Notes under the pieces: model-generated | Told to the model about the DNA's origin: nothing | Databases searched by the model: none | Seen by the model: only the letters and a program-made list of their open reading frames with translations | Position numbers and translations under genes: made by a program | Virus record (IMG/VR): IMGVR_UViG_2823261200_000003 | Coordinates: 1 to 64,000 of that record | Reading direction: 5' to 3' (one strand) | Source of the DNA: a virus | Lineage: Duplodnaviria; Caudoviricetes | Length of the DNA stretch: 64,000 nt | In this document: piece by piece, positions 1 through 9,260 of the stretch | Layout of the letters: each line of letters starts with the position of its first letter | How positions within the stretch are numbered: the first letter of the stretch is position 1

Positions 1-225
1 ATGTCGAGAAAAGGCAATTGCCTTGATAATGGTGCGATGGAAAGCTTTTTCGGGCGATTGAAGACGGAATGTTACTTTGGCAAGCGGTTTGAAACCTTTG
101 AACAGCTTGAAAAAGTGATTCACGAGTACATTCATTACTACAACAATGAGCGTATTCAAGTGAAGCTCAAAGGACTAAGCCCTGTGGAATACAGAACTCA
201 GTCCTTGAATGAAATTAGAATATAG
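1..225 (+). CDS. IS3-family transposase OrfB, C-terminal part (5' end outside window)
   Basis: Integrase-core C-terminal motifs DNxxMESFF and YN..R typical of IS3/IS150. Confidence 0.9.
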   Translation: MSRKGNCLDNGAMESFFGRLKTECYFGKRFETFEQLEKVIHEYIHYYNNERIQVKLKGLSPVEYRTQSLNEIRI

Positions 226-248
226 TCTAACTTTTTGGGGGCAGATCA
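1..248 (+). mobile_element. IS3-family insertion sequence, right end
   Basis: Transposase C-terminus (SRKGNCLDNGAMESFFGRLKTE...YIHYYNNERIQ) followed by terminal repeat TAGTCTAACTTTTTGGGGGCAGATCA ending in CA at 248. Confidence 0.9.
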
Positions 249-346
249 TTTTTCACCGCACTTTCTGCGGCAAAGGTTTCGACTAAATCATAGCGGCTGT
301 CGCCTTTCATTCCTGCGAACGCAGGGCGTTGAAATGATTCGTACAT
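249..346 (-). pseudogene. 5' part of head gene (probable decoration protein) interrupted by the IS
   Basis: AGGAG RBS then MYESFQRPAFAGMKGDSRYDLVETFAAESAVK running into the IS end; follows the protease gene as 48715-49167 does in segment B. Confidence 0.65.
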
Positions 347-357
347 TGCTGTTCTCC

Positions 358-1413
358 TTATTGATTACGGCTGGCAAGCATTGACGCACGACCTGTTAAT
401 TTTTCACCTTTTTGCCCATCTTGGGTAAAGGTTTGTGTTACTTGGCTACGTTGCGAACCTAACGCGTCTTGGCGAGATTTTGCTTCAGCCATCGCCATAT
501 CAAAAGCCGCTTCAATATAGGCATCAGATTTTTGCGATAAATCCGCTCCATCTTGACGAATAGCCCCAATCACCGCTTCGCGTAAAGCACGATCTGAGCT
601 ATCCGCTTTCACGTCGACCTTATGGGCTTTTGCAATACCTTCTAACTCAACGCGGGCTTTGGCGATATTCACCGCATCTTGTTTGATCTTTTCCATCTCC
701 ATTTCAAGGCTTTTTACTTTCGCTTCTAACGCATCTGCCCGAGCGGTTTCTTTATCCTTTTCAGCAACCGCATTAGCGGCATCTTGTTTCAATTTATTAA
801 ATTCAACAATCACCTCAGGGGCGGCTTGATAAGTAATGCCGCTATCTAGGCGAATATCTGAAAGTTTTGTTTCACTCATTTGAGGTTCTCCATCTTCACG
901 AAATTCTACAGCATCTGCCGCGTCCATATTGAGCTTTGCATCACCTGCACGCCCACGTTTTACGATAGCTAAATGATTCGGCTTAATATTGCGTTGAATC
1001 GCATCATAAGGCTCGCCGTCCTCAGTAATGCCACTTTTATGCTCAAGCTCTACCGCATAGCCTACCGATAATTCTTTTTTGCCAAAATCCACGGCTTGGG
1101 TATTATGGATCACCACCTCCGCCGTTAAATGTTTGCCATCTTGCTTGCCCTCAGATAACACAGACCCCACCACCAGATGGGCGTTATCTTTTGTAATCAC
1201 CCCGTGATGATCATCTGTGATCGGAATGCCTTTATATAGCCTTAAACTATCAGCATTAAAGACTTCCTCAGGCGGGCGATATTCTCGCCGTACCGTGCCA
1301 TCAGGCAACTGATAAAGAAAAACCCCAGTCCTTGTTAGAACTGGGGTATCAAAAATAAACCCGTTATCATCTCGCCTTGCTTGTATCGCACGGCGATCGT
1401 ATCGCATTACCAC
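358..1413 (-). CDS. Capsid maturation protease/scaffold (DUF2213-like)
   Basis: ELSVGY and NHLAIVKRGRAG motifs, coiled-coil C-terminus; homologous to 49167-50288. Confidence 0.85.
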   Translation of the reverse strand: MVMRYDRRAIQARRDDNGFIFDTPVLTRTGVFLYQLPDGTVRREYRPPEEVFNADSLRLYKGIPITDDHHGVITKDNAHLVVGSVLSEGKQDGKHLTAEVVIHNTQAVDFGKKELSVGYAVELEHKSGITEDGEPYDAIQRNIKPNHLAIVKRGRAGDAKLNMDAADAVEFREDGEPQMSETKLSDIRLDSGITYQAAPEVIVEFNKLKQDAANAVAEKDKETARADALEAKVKSLEMEMEKIKQDAVNIAKARVELEGIAKAHKVDVKADSSDRALREAVIGAIRQDGADLSQKSDAYIEAAFDMAMAEAKSRQDALGSQRSQVTQTFTQDGQKGEKLTGRASMLASRNQ

Positions 1414-1415
1414 GG

Positions 1416-1841
1416 TTAGTCCTCCGCTAATAAAAAATCCATTGCCATTAAATATTTATTTCGCCTCGCTATATCTTTTTCCGTAATTTGCACTAATCTC
1501 GTTAAATCAGCATTATGTGTTAAGTCAGCAATCTTAACCCATCTTGCAATCGGACTTTGTTTAACACGGCATAAATAATCCTGATAATTTTCACCAGATC
1601 GTTTAGAAATAGCCTCCACGGCATCGGAAATAACTTGTCCAAATTCAGAAGCAATATGATTAAGTGTTATAGACGTATCTTCTACGCTATCGTGTAGCCA
1701 AGCTACTGCTATCATTTCATCAGTTGGATTATGTAGATTATTTACAACCGCTTGCAAATGCTCTACATAAGGCTTTCCCGCTTTATCTACCTGATCACGG
1801 TGCAAAGCCCTTGCTAACTGTTCTGCTTTTTTGGCTAGCAT
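1416..1841 (-). CDS. HD-domain hydrolase, Mesh1/SpoT-like (small alarmone hydrolase family)
   Basis: HRDQVDKAGKPYVEH, AWLHDSVEDT (HDxxED) and VKIADLTHN motifs. Confidence 0.85.
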   Translation of the reverse strand: MLAKKAEQLARALHRDQVDKAGKPYVEHLQAVVNNLHNPTDEMIAVAWLHDSVEDTSITLNHIASEFGQVISDAVEAISKRSGENYQDYLCRVKQSPIARWVKIADLTHNADLTRLVQITEKDIARRNKYLMAMDFLLAED

Positions 1842-1856
1842 TTAATGATCCTTAAT

Positions 1857-1891
1857 AGAACCCCTGAAAATTTATGCGTTTCAGGGGTTCT
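1857..1891. other. 13-bp stem-loop between the MuF and HD genes
   Basis: AGAACCCCTGAAA / TTTCAGGGGTTCT inverted repeat. Confidence 0.6.
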
Positions 1892-1942
1892 TTATGAAAA
1901 CTAAATTAACTCATTGCCATCATTTCATAGTAAGCATTTCGT

Positions 1943-3526
1943 TTACTTTCTTGCAAGGATCGTATTTCGGACTTCGTCAGGTGTTTTACGTGAGTTGAGT
2001 ATGAATCTTGCTTCCCATTCCGTGAGCTTTGAGAAGTCATAGCCGAACTCTTGAATCCACCAGTTTTCAATTTCTCCATACTTACTCCTTAATTCTAATA
2101 ATGTATCTCTTGACAGTCTCAATTGTACTGAATATTGTTTCCCAGTTAAAGCATAAGAACCTAAAACTTTCCCATTATTTGTTTCAATGTACCCTTTTAG
2201 GCTCGCTAATGTCCCACCCTGAGTTTGAGTATCATCTAATATAATGGCTAACTTTTGGGGGACATCGCCACTAAATTTAGGTGTATAGATTAATCTATGC
2301 CAACCATCACTACCAGTACGAGAAACTTTTGTGGACTGCACAATAGACAAATCAACAGGCACATTCAATCTTTTTCCAATAACTGTTGCAACAGCAATTG
2401 GAATCATATTTCTACCCGCACTCTCTTCCGCGTGAACCGGCACTAAAATAACATCTTTACCCTGTATCATTTTTTCCAGTTTAGAAATGGCATCGTCAGA
2501 AACAAGATCCTTAGCGAGATTATACGCCTCTCCCACACAGCCAGACTTTGCCCTTTCATATAGAGGGTATGAGGTTGCCTCACCTAATTTTCTGTCAATT
2601 ATTGTATCTGGGAAATCATCGTCCCATTCACTACGCATACTAATTTTACTTTTTGCGGTTAGGGGTGTTTGAATTATAGCATTTTTGACGGACTTTTCTT
2701 CATTATTAAGATTAGTTGCCGCAATAACATTACCTTGATCAACCAACTCCCCAAACTCAGGCAATACCGCCTCAGCACTACAACGGCATAAAATCGGTTG
2801 CCCAGGGTGTCCATCTTCTGGCGGATTGTCCCAGCGAAATTCCTTTCCCTCTCGTTCAACGTGTGATAAACGTTCCCATTCATCTAAACTGCCACGCCAG
2901 ATATAGGATTTTACGCCGATATTTTCTTGACGTAATTGGGTGAGCCGTCCGTTGAGCTTGCCGATTTGATCGCGTGCAATTAACGTTGCGCGGCGTTTAG
3001 GAATACCAAGGAGCTTTTCTAAATCCGCCGCAAGGCTTTTATAGCTTTCGCCTTTGCGTAGTGCTTCAACCATTCGATAACGTAGTTTTTCGTGTAACTG
3101 CTGCGGTACCGTTTTAATTAAACTAATATTCTGCCATTCAGCGAGCTTTAACGCCTCATCAAGCCAAGGCTCTGATACAAAAATATCCACTTTGTACGCA
3201 GATTTTAGCACTTTGTGAAATTGTTTCTTGTTAAACTCTGCCGTTTGCGACAGGAATTGTCGCACAGCAGGGCGAATGTCATTATCACGGGTGTAAAAGG
3301 TCGTTGCCTGTAACAATTCGGTTAGCCATTGCTCTAAAATCTCAATGCTGTCATCTTGGCGTAGCATTCTCTTTAAGTGCGGTGCAATTTCAGGCAGTTT
3401 TTTTCTTGCTGTATCACTAATTTGCTTGGCGATAGCTTGCAAATACTTCACATACTCCCGCTCAATCGCCTCAGGAAACAGCCACCGCTTTTGCTTTTTG
3501 GGCTTTTTGATAGTCGTTAATGTCAT
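1943..3526 (-). CDS. MuF (SPP1 gp7-like) minor head protein fused to a C-terminal phosphoribosyltransferase domain
   Basis: MuF motifs RATLIARDQ, YIW and HPGQPILCRC; C-terminal ILVPVH and PRPP-binding loop IILDDTQTQGGTL. Confidence 0.85.
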   Translation of the reverse strand: MTLTTIKKPKKQKRWLFPEAIEREYVKYLQAIAKQISDTARKKLPEIAPHLKRMLRQDDSIEILEQWLTELLQATTFYTRDNDIRPAVRQFLSQTAEFNKKQFHKVLKSAYKVDIFVSEPWLDEALKLAEWQNISLIKTVPQQLHEKLRYRMVEALRKGESYKSLAADLEKLLGIPKRRATLIARDQIGKLNGRLTQLRQENIGVKSYIWRGSLDEWERLSHVEREGKEFRWDNPPEDGHPGQPILCRCSAEAVLPEFGELVDQGNVIAATNLNNEEKSVKNAIIQTPLTAKSKISMRSEWDDDFPDTIIDRKLGEATSYPLYERAKSGCVGEAYNLAKDLVSDDAISKLEKMIQGKDVILVPVHAEESAGRNMIPIAVATVIGKRLNVPVDLSIVQSTKVSRTGSDGWHRLIYTPKFSGDVPQKLAIILDDTQTQGGTLASLKGYIETNNGKVLGSYALTGKQYSVQLRLSRDTLLELRSKYGEIENWWIQEFGYDFSKLTEWEARFILNSRKTPDEVRNTILARK

Positions 3527-4778
3527 CTTCGCTTACCTCTGGCAAAGCCGCCGCTGCAACCCCCAATTCCTCTGCAATTTGTTGCCATAATTCTTGCGTA
3601 GATAATGCCCCGCTATCTACTAAGTCAATCAGCCGTCCGATTTCTGCTTTGGCGGCTTCGGCATTCAATTTACGGGCTTCCGCTTGCTCTTTATCTGTTG
3701 GCGTATTGAGTGATGGAAAGTGAATTTGCCAGTTTTCAAATGGCTTAATATGTTTTTGCAACATCATCAATTCAATCAACCGCTCTAACACAGGCTTGAT
3801 TTTATGCTGTTGAATGCCCTCAATTAAATCATAATAGCTTTCAAAATCGCTTTTCCCTGTGGCGTTCATTCCTTTTGCTGATTGCCCGAATAAAATTGCC
3901 ACGGGAATATTCACATCTGCCGAGATGGCGATTTTGAACTCATCAAGCACATCAACGATGCCATTTAAATCAGCGTTTAAAATGGTGTAATCATCTTCAA
4001 AATCTACCGCCACCCCGTTTAGTAGATTGCGCCCCCGTTCAACAAGGTTAATCCGCTCTCTAATCTGATCTTCTAAACCGTTACCGATGGCAAGGGCAAG
4101 CCCTTTCATTTTATGCACGGCTTGCTGTTTACGCTCCAGAATTAATGATGACCAAGTGAGCGATTTTTGATAATCACGGATTTTTTGATACGCTGTCTTC
4201 ACGACACTACGCCCAACCCAATGCAACCCTTTTTTTAATCGCTCAGGCATTGGATCTCCACCCATAAATAACAAGCGGCTTTCGTGAATTTCTACTTGGC
4301 TTTCAAGAGAGCCATTCACCGCCCCAATATTGAGGCGGTAGGTTTCAAACCGCCCATAATTGGTTTGGCGTGGATCTAAATAGCGTCTTGTTGTCGGTGA
4401 AATTTGACTTAAATCAAACACCCTCACCTCATCAATGCGATTGAGTTTATTGATGTTCAACGGCTCGCTGAGCTTCGCCCCGTCATCGGTTAAAAGCAAC
4501 ATCACCGAGCCACCGAATAGCCGCGACCAACGCACCATATCCGCCAAGGCTGGCAAAATTTTCAGGCGATCAAGGTCATTGAAAATCACGTTATCCTCAT
4601 CACCTTCAATCTCAACAGAACGAGAAATCGCCGCATCGGCTGGCATATCTACCACCCGAGCCGCCAACCCATCTAGTTCATACAGGGTTAAATCCAAAAG
4701 TGCGGTGCTTTTTTGTGGTGTTTTTTGAAAGTGGTTTAGCCCTAAGGCATCGGCATAGCCGTCTTGGTTAAATGGCAT
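3471..4778 (-). CDS. Portal protein (DUF1073-like)
   Basis: Between terL and MuF; IHESRL and IPVAILFGQSAKG motifs. Confidence 0.85.
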   Translation of the reverse strand: MPFNQDGYADALGLNHFQKTPQKSTALLDLTLYELDGLAARVVDMPADAAISRSVEIEGDEDNVIFNDLDRLKILPALADMVRWSRLFGGSVMLLLTDDGAKLSEPLNINKLNRIDEVRVFDLSQISPTTRRYLDPRQTNYGRFETYRLNIGAVNGSLESQVEIHESRLLFMGGDPMPERLKKGLHWVGRSVVKTAYQKIRDYQKSLTWSSLILERKQQAVHKMKGLALAIGNGLEDQIRERINLVERGRNLLNGVAVDFEDDYTILNADLNGIVDVLDEFKIAISADVNIPVAILFGQSAKGMNATGKSDFESYYDLIEGIQQHKIKPVLERLIELMMLQKHIKPFENWQIHFPSLNTPTDKEQAEARKLNAEAAKAEIGRLIDLVDSGALSTQELWQQIAEELGVAAAALPEVSEDDINDYQKAQKAKAVAVS

Positions 4779-4780
4779 AA

Positions 4781-6130
4781 TTAACTACCTAATCCAATAA
4801 ATCGTGATAACACATCGTCTTTCGGGGCAAAGCACATCACCAAGGCATCCGCTTTATTTGGTGAGGGAATGCCCCGTTTTTTCATTTCTTTTTTGCTCTC
4901 GACTTTCACGCGCCCGTTATTGTCATAATCCACATAGGGGCGAGATAACTCCGCTTTTAAATAATCCAGATCGTGAATTTGCGATGAAAGGCTGATTAGC
5001 TCATCAACGGGATAGCTTTCCTGATACTTGATGGCTCGATAGGTTTTGTAAAAGCGATCTCGCAGCCGCCACCACGCTTGAGCCTTGATATTGGCGAACA
5101 TATCTCGATTGGTTTTGCCAAAGACATATTCATCATCAGGCTCAAAAACGGCAGCACCTGCATTAAATCCGTTAATAGCAATAGATTTATCACTAAGGCG
5201 GTTATAATGTGCTTTTACCCCTGCACCAACCCCAATACTGTCAAAGACAATCTCATCAGCCCCAAACTCTAAAGCATTAAGCCGTGTACGGTCAGCACTA
5301 GCAATCACATCATCCCCTTTCCATTCATCAACACGCAACACCACTGAACCGTGAGAAAAGGCATTTGCATTAGCATCCGCACCTTCATCAGCCACATCAA
5401 AACCAACAATCTTCCGACCTTCGGCACTAAATCCTAACTTAACGTGTGCATCTACTGCCGCATCTATCCATACTGGCTTAATAATCACCTTATCACTATC
5501 GGCAACGGGTTCCCCCTCCCAAATATGGCGGTAAAGCTCATAATCTTTCGCCTTGCAATCTTCCATTTCCAATCGCAAGGTTTCGGGGAAAAATGGATTG
5601 TCTGTAAAATTAACTTTAATCAACACAATATCGCTTGGCGGCGAAACAACAAAGCGTTGATAAGTATCATCAAGAATATTTTTCGGGTTAAAGGAAACCC
5701 AAATTTCAGAATATTCTTTCCGAATAGTTGGGATTAAAATTTCCCAACTCTCTTTTGACACATTTTCGGCTTCTTCCACCCAGCAAATATCAATCCCCTC
5801 AAGGGATTTAATTTTAGTTGGGTTATTTTTGATGCCGTAAAACAGGAAAATCGCCCCCGTTTTAAGGTTGTAGATTTTGTTTTTCTGCACATCAAATTCA
5901 GATTGATAGCCATAACGTTCGATTGTGTCGGCTAACAATTGGATAACCGAATCACTAATTGAGTTTTGCAATTCCCTGGCACAAAGAAAACGGCTATTTG
6001 AACGGCGAGCAATTTCAATTAAAAGCCTTGCTATCGTCCAAGATTTACCGCTACCACGCCCACCATAAGCTACCTTATAACGATGTGGCTCAATAAAAGG
6101 TAAGAATTTACTAATCAGCTTTTGCGTCAT
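4781..6130 (-). CDS. terL: Terminase large subunit (PBSX type)
   Basis: Walker A GGRGSGKS, Walker B WVEEAE, nuclease GFDVADEG and SPNKADAL. Confidence 0.95.
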   Translation of the reverse strand: MTQKLISKFLPFIEPHRYKVAYGGRGSGKSWTIARLLIEIARRSNSRFLCARELQNSISDSVIQLLADTIERYGYQSEFDVQKNKIYNLKTGAIFLFYGIKNNPTKIKSLEGIDICWVEEAENVSKESWEILIPTIRKEYSEIWVSFNPKNILDDTYQRFVVSPPSDIVLIKVNFTDNPFFPETLRLEMEDCKAKDYELYRHIWEGEPVADSDKVIIKPVWIDAAVDAHVKLGFSAEGRKIVGFDVADEGADANANAFSHGSVVLRVDEWKGDDVIASADRTRLNALEFGADEIVFDSIGVGAGVKAHYNRLSDKSIAINGFNAGAAVFEPDDEYVFGKTNRDMFANIKAQAWWRLRDRFYKTYRAIKYQESYPVDELISLSSQIHDLDYLKAELSRPYVDYDNNGRVKVESKKEMKKRGIPSPNKADALVMCFAPKDDVLSRFIGLGS

Positions 6131-6623
6131 CTGAAAATAAATCCCTTAATGATCCTAATGCCATAGAGCCATCGCTTGAGGTTAAATCGACCTTTTGACT
6201 GAACATTCCCAAATGCTTACCCAACAATTCAAGGGCTTTATTCACCGAAGAGGATTCATAAACAAATTGAGCAATATCATCACCCACAAGCTCGCCATCT
6301 TCAGATTTTCTGATTTCAGTTTTAATAACCGCTTTTTTACCTGATGCAACTTCAATGTTTTCCAGCAACATCCGAATCACATCATCTTGCGTTATTTGAA
6401 CTCGCTCAGCACGTTTGTTTTGAGCGGCTTCAATCGCTTGCTGAACTGTAGTTTTCTGTAGTAATTGATAACCTAATTCAGATGCTCTGTTTTTGCTATA
6501 CCCAGCCCGAATAGCTGCTTGAGTTGCGTTTAAATCAATAAGATATTCTTCTACAAATCGTTTCTGCTTATCGGTCAACCCACGCCCCTTAGACGTGGAC
6601 TTAACCCCGTCTTTCTTTGGCAT
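6111..6623 (-). CDS. terS: Terminase small subunit
   Basis: [28 protein letters not shown] and [13 protein letters not shown]. Confidence 0.95.
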   Translation of the reverse strand: MPKKDGVKSTSKGRGLTDKQKRFVEEYLIDLNATQAAIRAGYSKNRASELGYQLLQKTTVQQAIEAAQNKRAERVQITQDDVIRMLLENIEVASGKKAVIKTEIRKSEDGELVGDDIAQFVYESSSVNKALELLGKHLGMFSQKVDLTSSDGSMALGSLRDLFSDDAKAD

Positions 6624-6633
6624 AGGTTAATCC

Positions 6634-6906
6634 TTATTTAATTTCTCCAGTAATACGAATTTTAAACATTGGCACATATTCAGGGTTGTGGATATTCAGC
6701 AGTCCCTCAATAAAAAAGCCGATTTGATCTGCGACAGTTAAAACCCATTCAGGAATAAAATTAGCCGCTTCAATAATGGGGGCTTCGCTATCAATATCTT
6801 TGACATAAACAGGAATACCCCAAAGCCATCCATAATGCGTGAAGCCTTCCTCAATCAATTTCTTTTTCGACTTATAAAGCATTCCCATTTGATTTACTCC
6901 ACTCAA
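6634..6906 (-). CDS. Hypothetical phage protein between lysis and terS (start may be 6888)
   Basis: Identical ORF in both repeat copies. Confidence 0.6.
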   Translation of the reverse strand: MSGVNQMGMLYKSKKKLIEEGFTHYGWLWGIPVYVKDIDSEAPIIEAANFIPEWVLTVADQIGFFIEGLLNIHNPEYVPMFKIRITGEIK

Positions 6907-7153
6907 TCACCCCACTTAACCGCCCCGCGCAAATCTCACGTTCTTTCTGCACCACTCGCAAATAAATAATCGCCTCACCATAGGTTGAACCGCTAAAGGC
7001 AGTTTGCGGGCAAGGGATTAAATAAATACTCGGCGGCAGGTGATACTCCGTTTCAGTTTTTGTGCTGCAACCGCTTAATAACATCATCAGGCAAAGGCTC
7101 GCGACTACAATCTTGCCCTTTAATCCTTTTATAAATAACGCGAATATCTTCAT
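6872..7153 (-). CDS. Rz1-like outer-membrane lipoprotein spanin
   Basis: Lipobox LLSGC, Pro-rich PPSIYLIPCP, overlaps the 3' end of Rz. Confidence 0.8.
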   Translation of the reverse strand: MKIFALFIKGLKGKIVVASLCLMMLLSGCSTKTETEYHLPPSIYLIPCPQTAFSGSTYGEAIIYLRVVQKEREICAGRLSGVIEWSKSNGNAL

Positions 7154-7430
7154 CGGCTTTTTCTCGCTGCACTTGTTCAAGTGCGGTCTGTTTTTGTGTC
7201 GTTTTTCGTTCATCTTCGAGCTGTTTTGTCTTTTCCGCTAGGTGATGATTAAGTTGCTGTATGGTTTGGGCTTGCATTTGATTTTTGGCACTTAAGCTAC
7301 TTATCCTCTGCGACTGATACCAAACCCAACCACACAAGCCCAAAATCACGCATAACCACAACAGCGAGGAATATTTACGGATAAACGGCACAATGTAATT
7401 CAAAATGCGGGCCATCATAAAAACGTTCAT
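7053..7430 (-). CDS. Rz-like inner-membrane spanin (start uncertain)
   Basis: N-terminal TM helix, coiled coil, C-terminal CSREPLPDDVIKRL. Confidence 0.8.
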   Translation of the reverse strand: MNVFMMARILNYIVPFIRKYSSLLWLCVILGLCGWVWYQSQRISSLSAKNQMQAQTIQQLNHHLAEKTKQLEDERKTTQKQTALEQVQREKADEDIRVIYKRIKGQDCSREPLPDDVIKRLQHKN

Positions 7431-7782
7431 CTTCACTTTTCCCATTACCGTTCCAATCTCCACCCCAGAGAATGGTGACATTTAATTCTTTGGCCGCTCG
7501 AAACATTGCCTTCGCAATTTCCTTAAATTTATCCTGTTCTGACCAAGGGATTTTTCCTTCAACCAGCGGGGCTAAATCCACCGCGTGACCGGTTAAATGA
7601 CGGCTATTCATTGTCTTAGTCGCCCCTTGCTTAAAGAGTTGGGCTTGGCGTGCTTTTGTTCTTACCCCTTCAATCACCGCAAAATCAACGGTGCTATATT
7701 CAAGGGCTTTTCGCACGACCTTAACCAAATCACCGTGAACACCTTGTAAATGCTTTTCACTACGTTGGCTAAATTTAAACAT
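7375..7782 (-). CDS. Endolysin, M15 (L-Ala-D-Glu) peptidase
   Basis: EGVRT, SRHLTGHAVD, WGGDW and DGPHFEL motifs. Confidence 0.9.
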   Translation of the reverse strand: MFKFSQRSEKHLQGVHGDLVKVVRKALEYSTVDFAVIEGVRTKARQAQLFKQGATKTMNSRHLTGHAVDLAPLVEGKIPWSEQDKFKEIAKAMFRAAKELNVTILWGGDWNGNGKSEDERFYDGPHFELHCAVYP

Positions 7783-8107
7783 CTTTATTCACCCGCTTTT
7801 TTAACGCCTGCATCAAATATTCACGGATTTTCTCCGCACCAATAAACCCGAGCATTCCCCCAATAAACGAGGCAAGGCTATCAGGGAAACCAAGATGATT
7901 TAACAGCGACATACTTGATAAGGTTAAAGCACCACAAATTGCCCCATCCAATATCCGCTGGCGAAAACTCGTTTTCTGACGCAAAAAGGCAGCGCGTAGC
8001 AAAGACATAAAAAACGCCATCGTGAAACCCACAATGGCGTTGTAATTTTGATGAATATATGCCCCTAAAATAAGCCATATATTCGGATCGTTGTTTGGCA
8101 TTTTCAT
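7775..8107 (-). CDS. Holin, lambda S family, with Met-Lys-Met dual start
   Basis: Three hydrophobic segments, GFIGAEKIRE, basic tail; GGAG RBS then ATG AAA ATG. Confidence 0.85.
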   Translation of the reverse strand: MKMPNNDPNIWLILGAYIHQNYNAIVGFTMAFFMSLLRAAFLRQKTSFRQRILDGAICGALTLSSMSLLNHLGFPDSLASFIGGMLGFIGAEKIREYLMQALKKRVNKDV

Positions 8108-8161
8108 CACTCCGCCTCCTTTTTGAGGCAATAAAAAGCCCACCTGTTACAGTGGGCTATA

Positions 8162-8401
8162 AGTTCTGCTAAGATAAAATTCCATGAGGATACAATTAAA
8201 TCTATTTTATCAACCAAAATAGAATCATCTTCTCTTCCTAAAGAGGAAAAATCATCACTACTCAACATTTTAAAAGGGTTGACCGGAAAAGCCCTAGAGC
8301 GGGTAATAACGAAATTGGTAGATCTTGGATTTGAGAATGCGGATCAAGCAATCCCTCTGCTGAAAATAGCGTTTGAGTCCTTGCAGAAATCTGTTTCTTA
8401 A
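8162..8401 (+). pseudogene. Start-less reading frame (..KIKFHEDTIKSILSTKIESSSLPKEEK..LVDLGFEN..), probable 3' remnant of a moron gene
   Basis: About 80 open codons with natural helical composition; no ATG after the in-frame stop at 8132. Confidence 0.4.
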
Positions 8402-8579
8402 ACACAAGATTTGCTATTAATTCACCTGACTGATTACGAATAGGTAATAAAACCTCTTCTAGTTCCTTTTTCTGGCAAGAGTTAGGAACGGAAAGCATTA
8501 ATCTATCGTTTTCATCTATCCAAAGCTCTATACCTAAAAAAGTAAAAGGTTGAATAAAACCGCTTTCAGCTTTCATCAT
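8262..8579 (-). CDS. Hypothetical protein, first gene after tR'
   Basis: TTGGAGG RBS; identical in both copies. Confidence 0.55.
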   Translation of the reverse strand: MMKAESGFIQPFTFLGIELWIDENDRLMLSVPNSCQKKELEEVLLPIRNQSGELIANLVFKKQISARTQTLFSAEGLLDPHSQIQDLPISLLPALGLFRSTLLKC

Positions 8580-8607
8580 TCCTCCAATATTGAGCTTCTA
8601 AGTTTCA

Positions 8608-8642
8608 AATAAAAAGCCCCGACCGTTTCCGATCAGGGCTGT
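8608..8642 (-). terminator. tR'-like intrinsic terminator
   Basis: GCCCTGATCGGAAACGGTCGGGGC hairpin + TTTTTATTT on the minus strand, downstream of the late promoter. Confidence 0.8.
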
Positions 8643-8707
8643 AAAATCTATATTAAGTACTTCTAACTTGGTGAACATCATTTACACAACGCCCACCTTT
8701 ACATAAA

Positions 8708-8736
8708 ATAATAGGACACTGACCCAAACTTGTCAA
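8708..8736 (-). promoter_or_regulatory. pR'-like late promoter
   Basis: TTGACA-17 bp-TATTAT at the end of the Q gene. Confidence 0.75.
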
Positions 8737-9260
8737 TAGCAAATTTTGATATTTTTGTGATTTTTAGCTGCATTTTTTAGAATAATAAAACCTTTTAGCA
8801 ACAATTCGTGAATAATTGCCGTTGCCAAATCAAGCCTACACTTAACATAACGCTTCACCGTTTTTAAACTCGGTTTTCTGATTGACGGCTTATGTACGCA
8901 GGGTTTCATTACTCTAGGTTCTATTTCATCAAATAACAAGACAGATAACCGATTAACTGACATATTTTCGACATAATACCCATACACAATAAAATGCAAT
9001 TCTTTATCCTGGGTTGTAAAAAACTCATCGATCATTTGACTAATCATTAATCCCTCTTCATCGGTGCAAATTGGGCGTTGTGGCTCGCTTGGCGTTACGC
9101 TATCCATTAATCGCCCAATGATATTCACTTGTCGTTTATCTAATCGCCCAGTATTAATCCACGCTCCCCATTTATAAAGCCATTCTTTTACCCATTTCTC
9201 TTGTTCTGAGGTAAGTTTTAACTCGCTTAAATTGAGTTTTAAATCCTGCATTACAATCAC
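8733..9260 (-). CDS. Late antiterminator Q-like protein
   Basis: WLYKWGAW motif; between ninG and pR'/tR'. Confidence 0.7.
   Translation of the reverse strand: MIVMQDLKLNLSELKLTSEQEKWVKEWLYKWGAWINTGRLDKRQVNIIGRLMDSVTPSEPQRPICTDEEGLMISQMIDEFFTTQDKELHFIVYGYYVENMSVNRLSVLLFDEIEPRVMKPCVHKPSIRKPSLKTVKRYVKCRLDLATAIIHELLLKGFIILKNAAKNHKNIKICY

Larger units (their letters stand above)
5502..8642. repeat. Copy 1 of ~3.1 kb direct repeat (terL 5' half, terS, spanins, endolysin, holin, tR')
   Basis: Near-identical to 53992-57132 at constant offset 48490. Confidence 0.95.

Noticed and set aside
2029-5737. Short plus-strand ORFs opposite head and terminase genes, and similar ones across 35893-63495
   Set aside because: Antisense shadows of well-supported genes with no RBS or motifs.
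5502-8642. Duplicate block as a pure assembly artefact
   Set aside because: The copies differ in Rz, endolysin and at their edges and have different flanks; read-level confirmation is still advisable.
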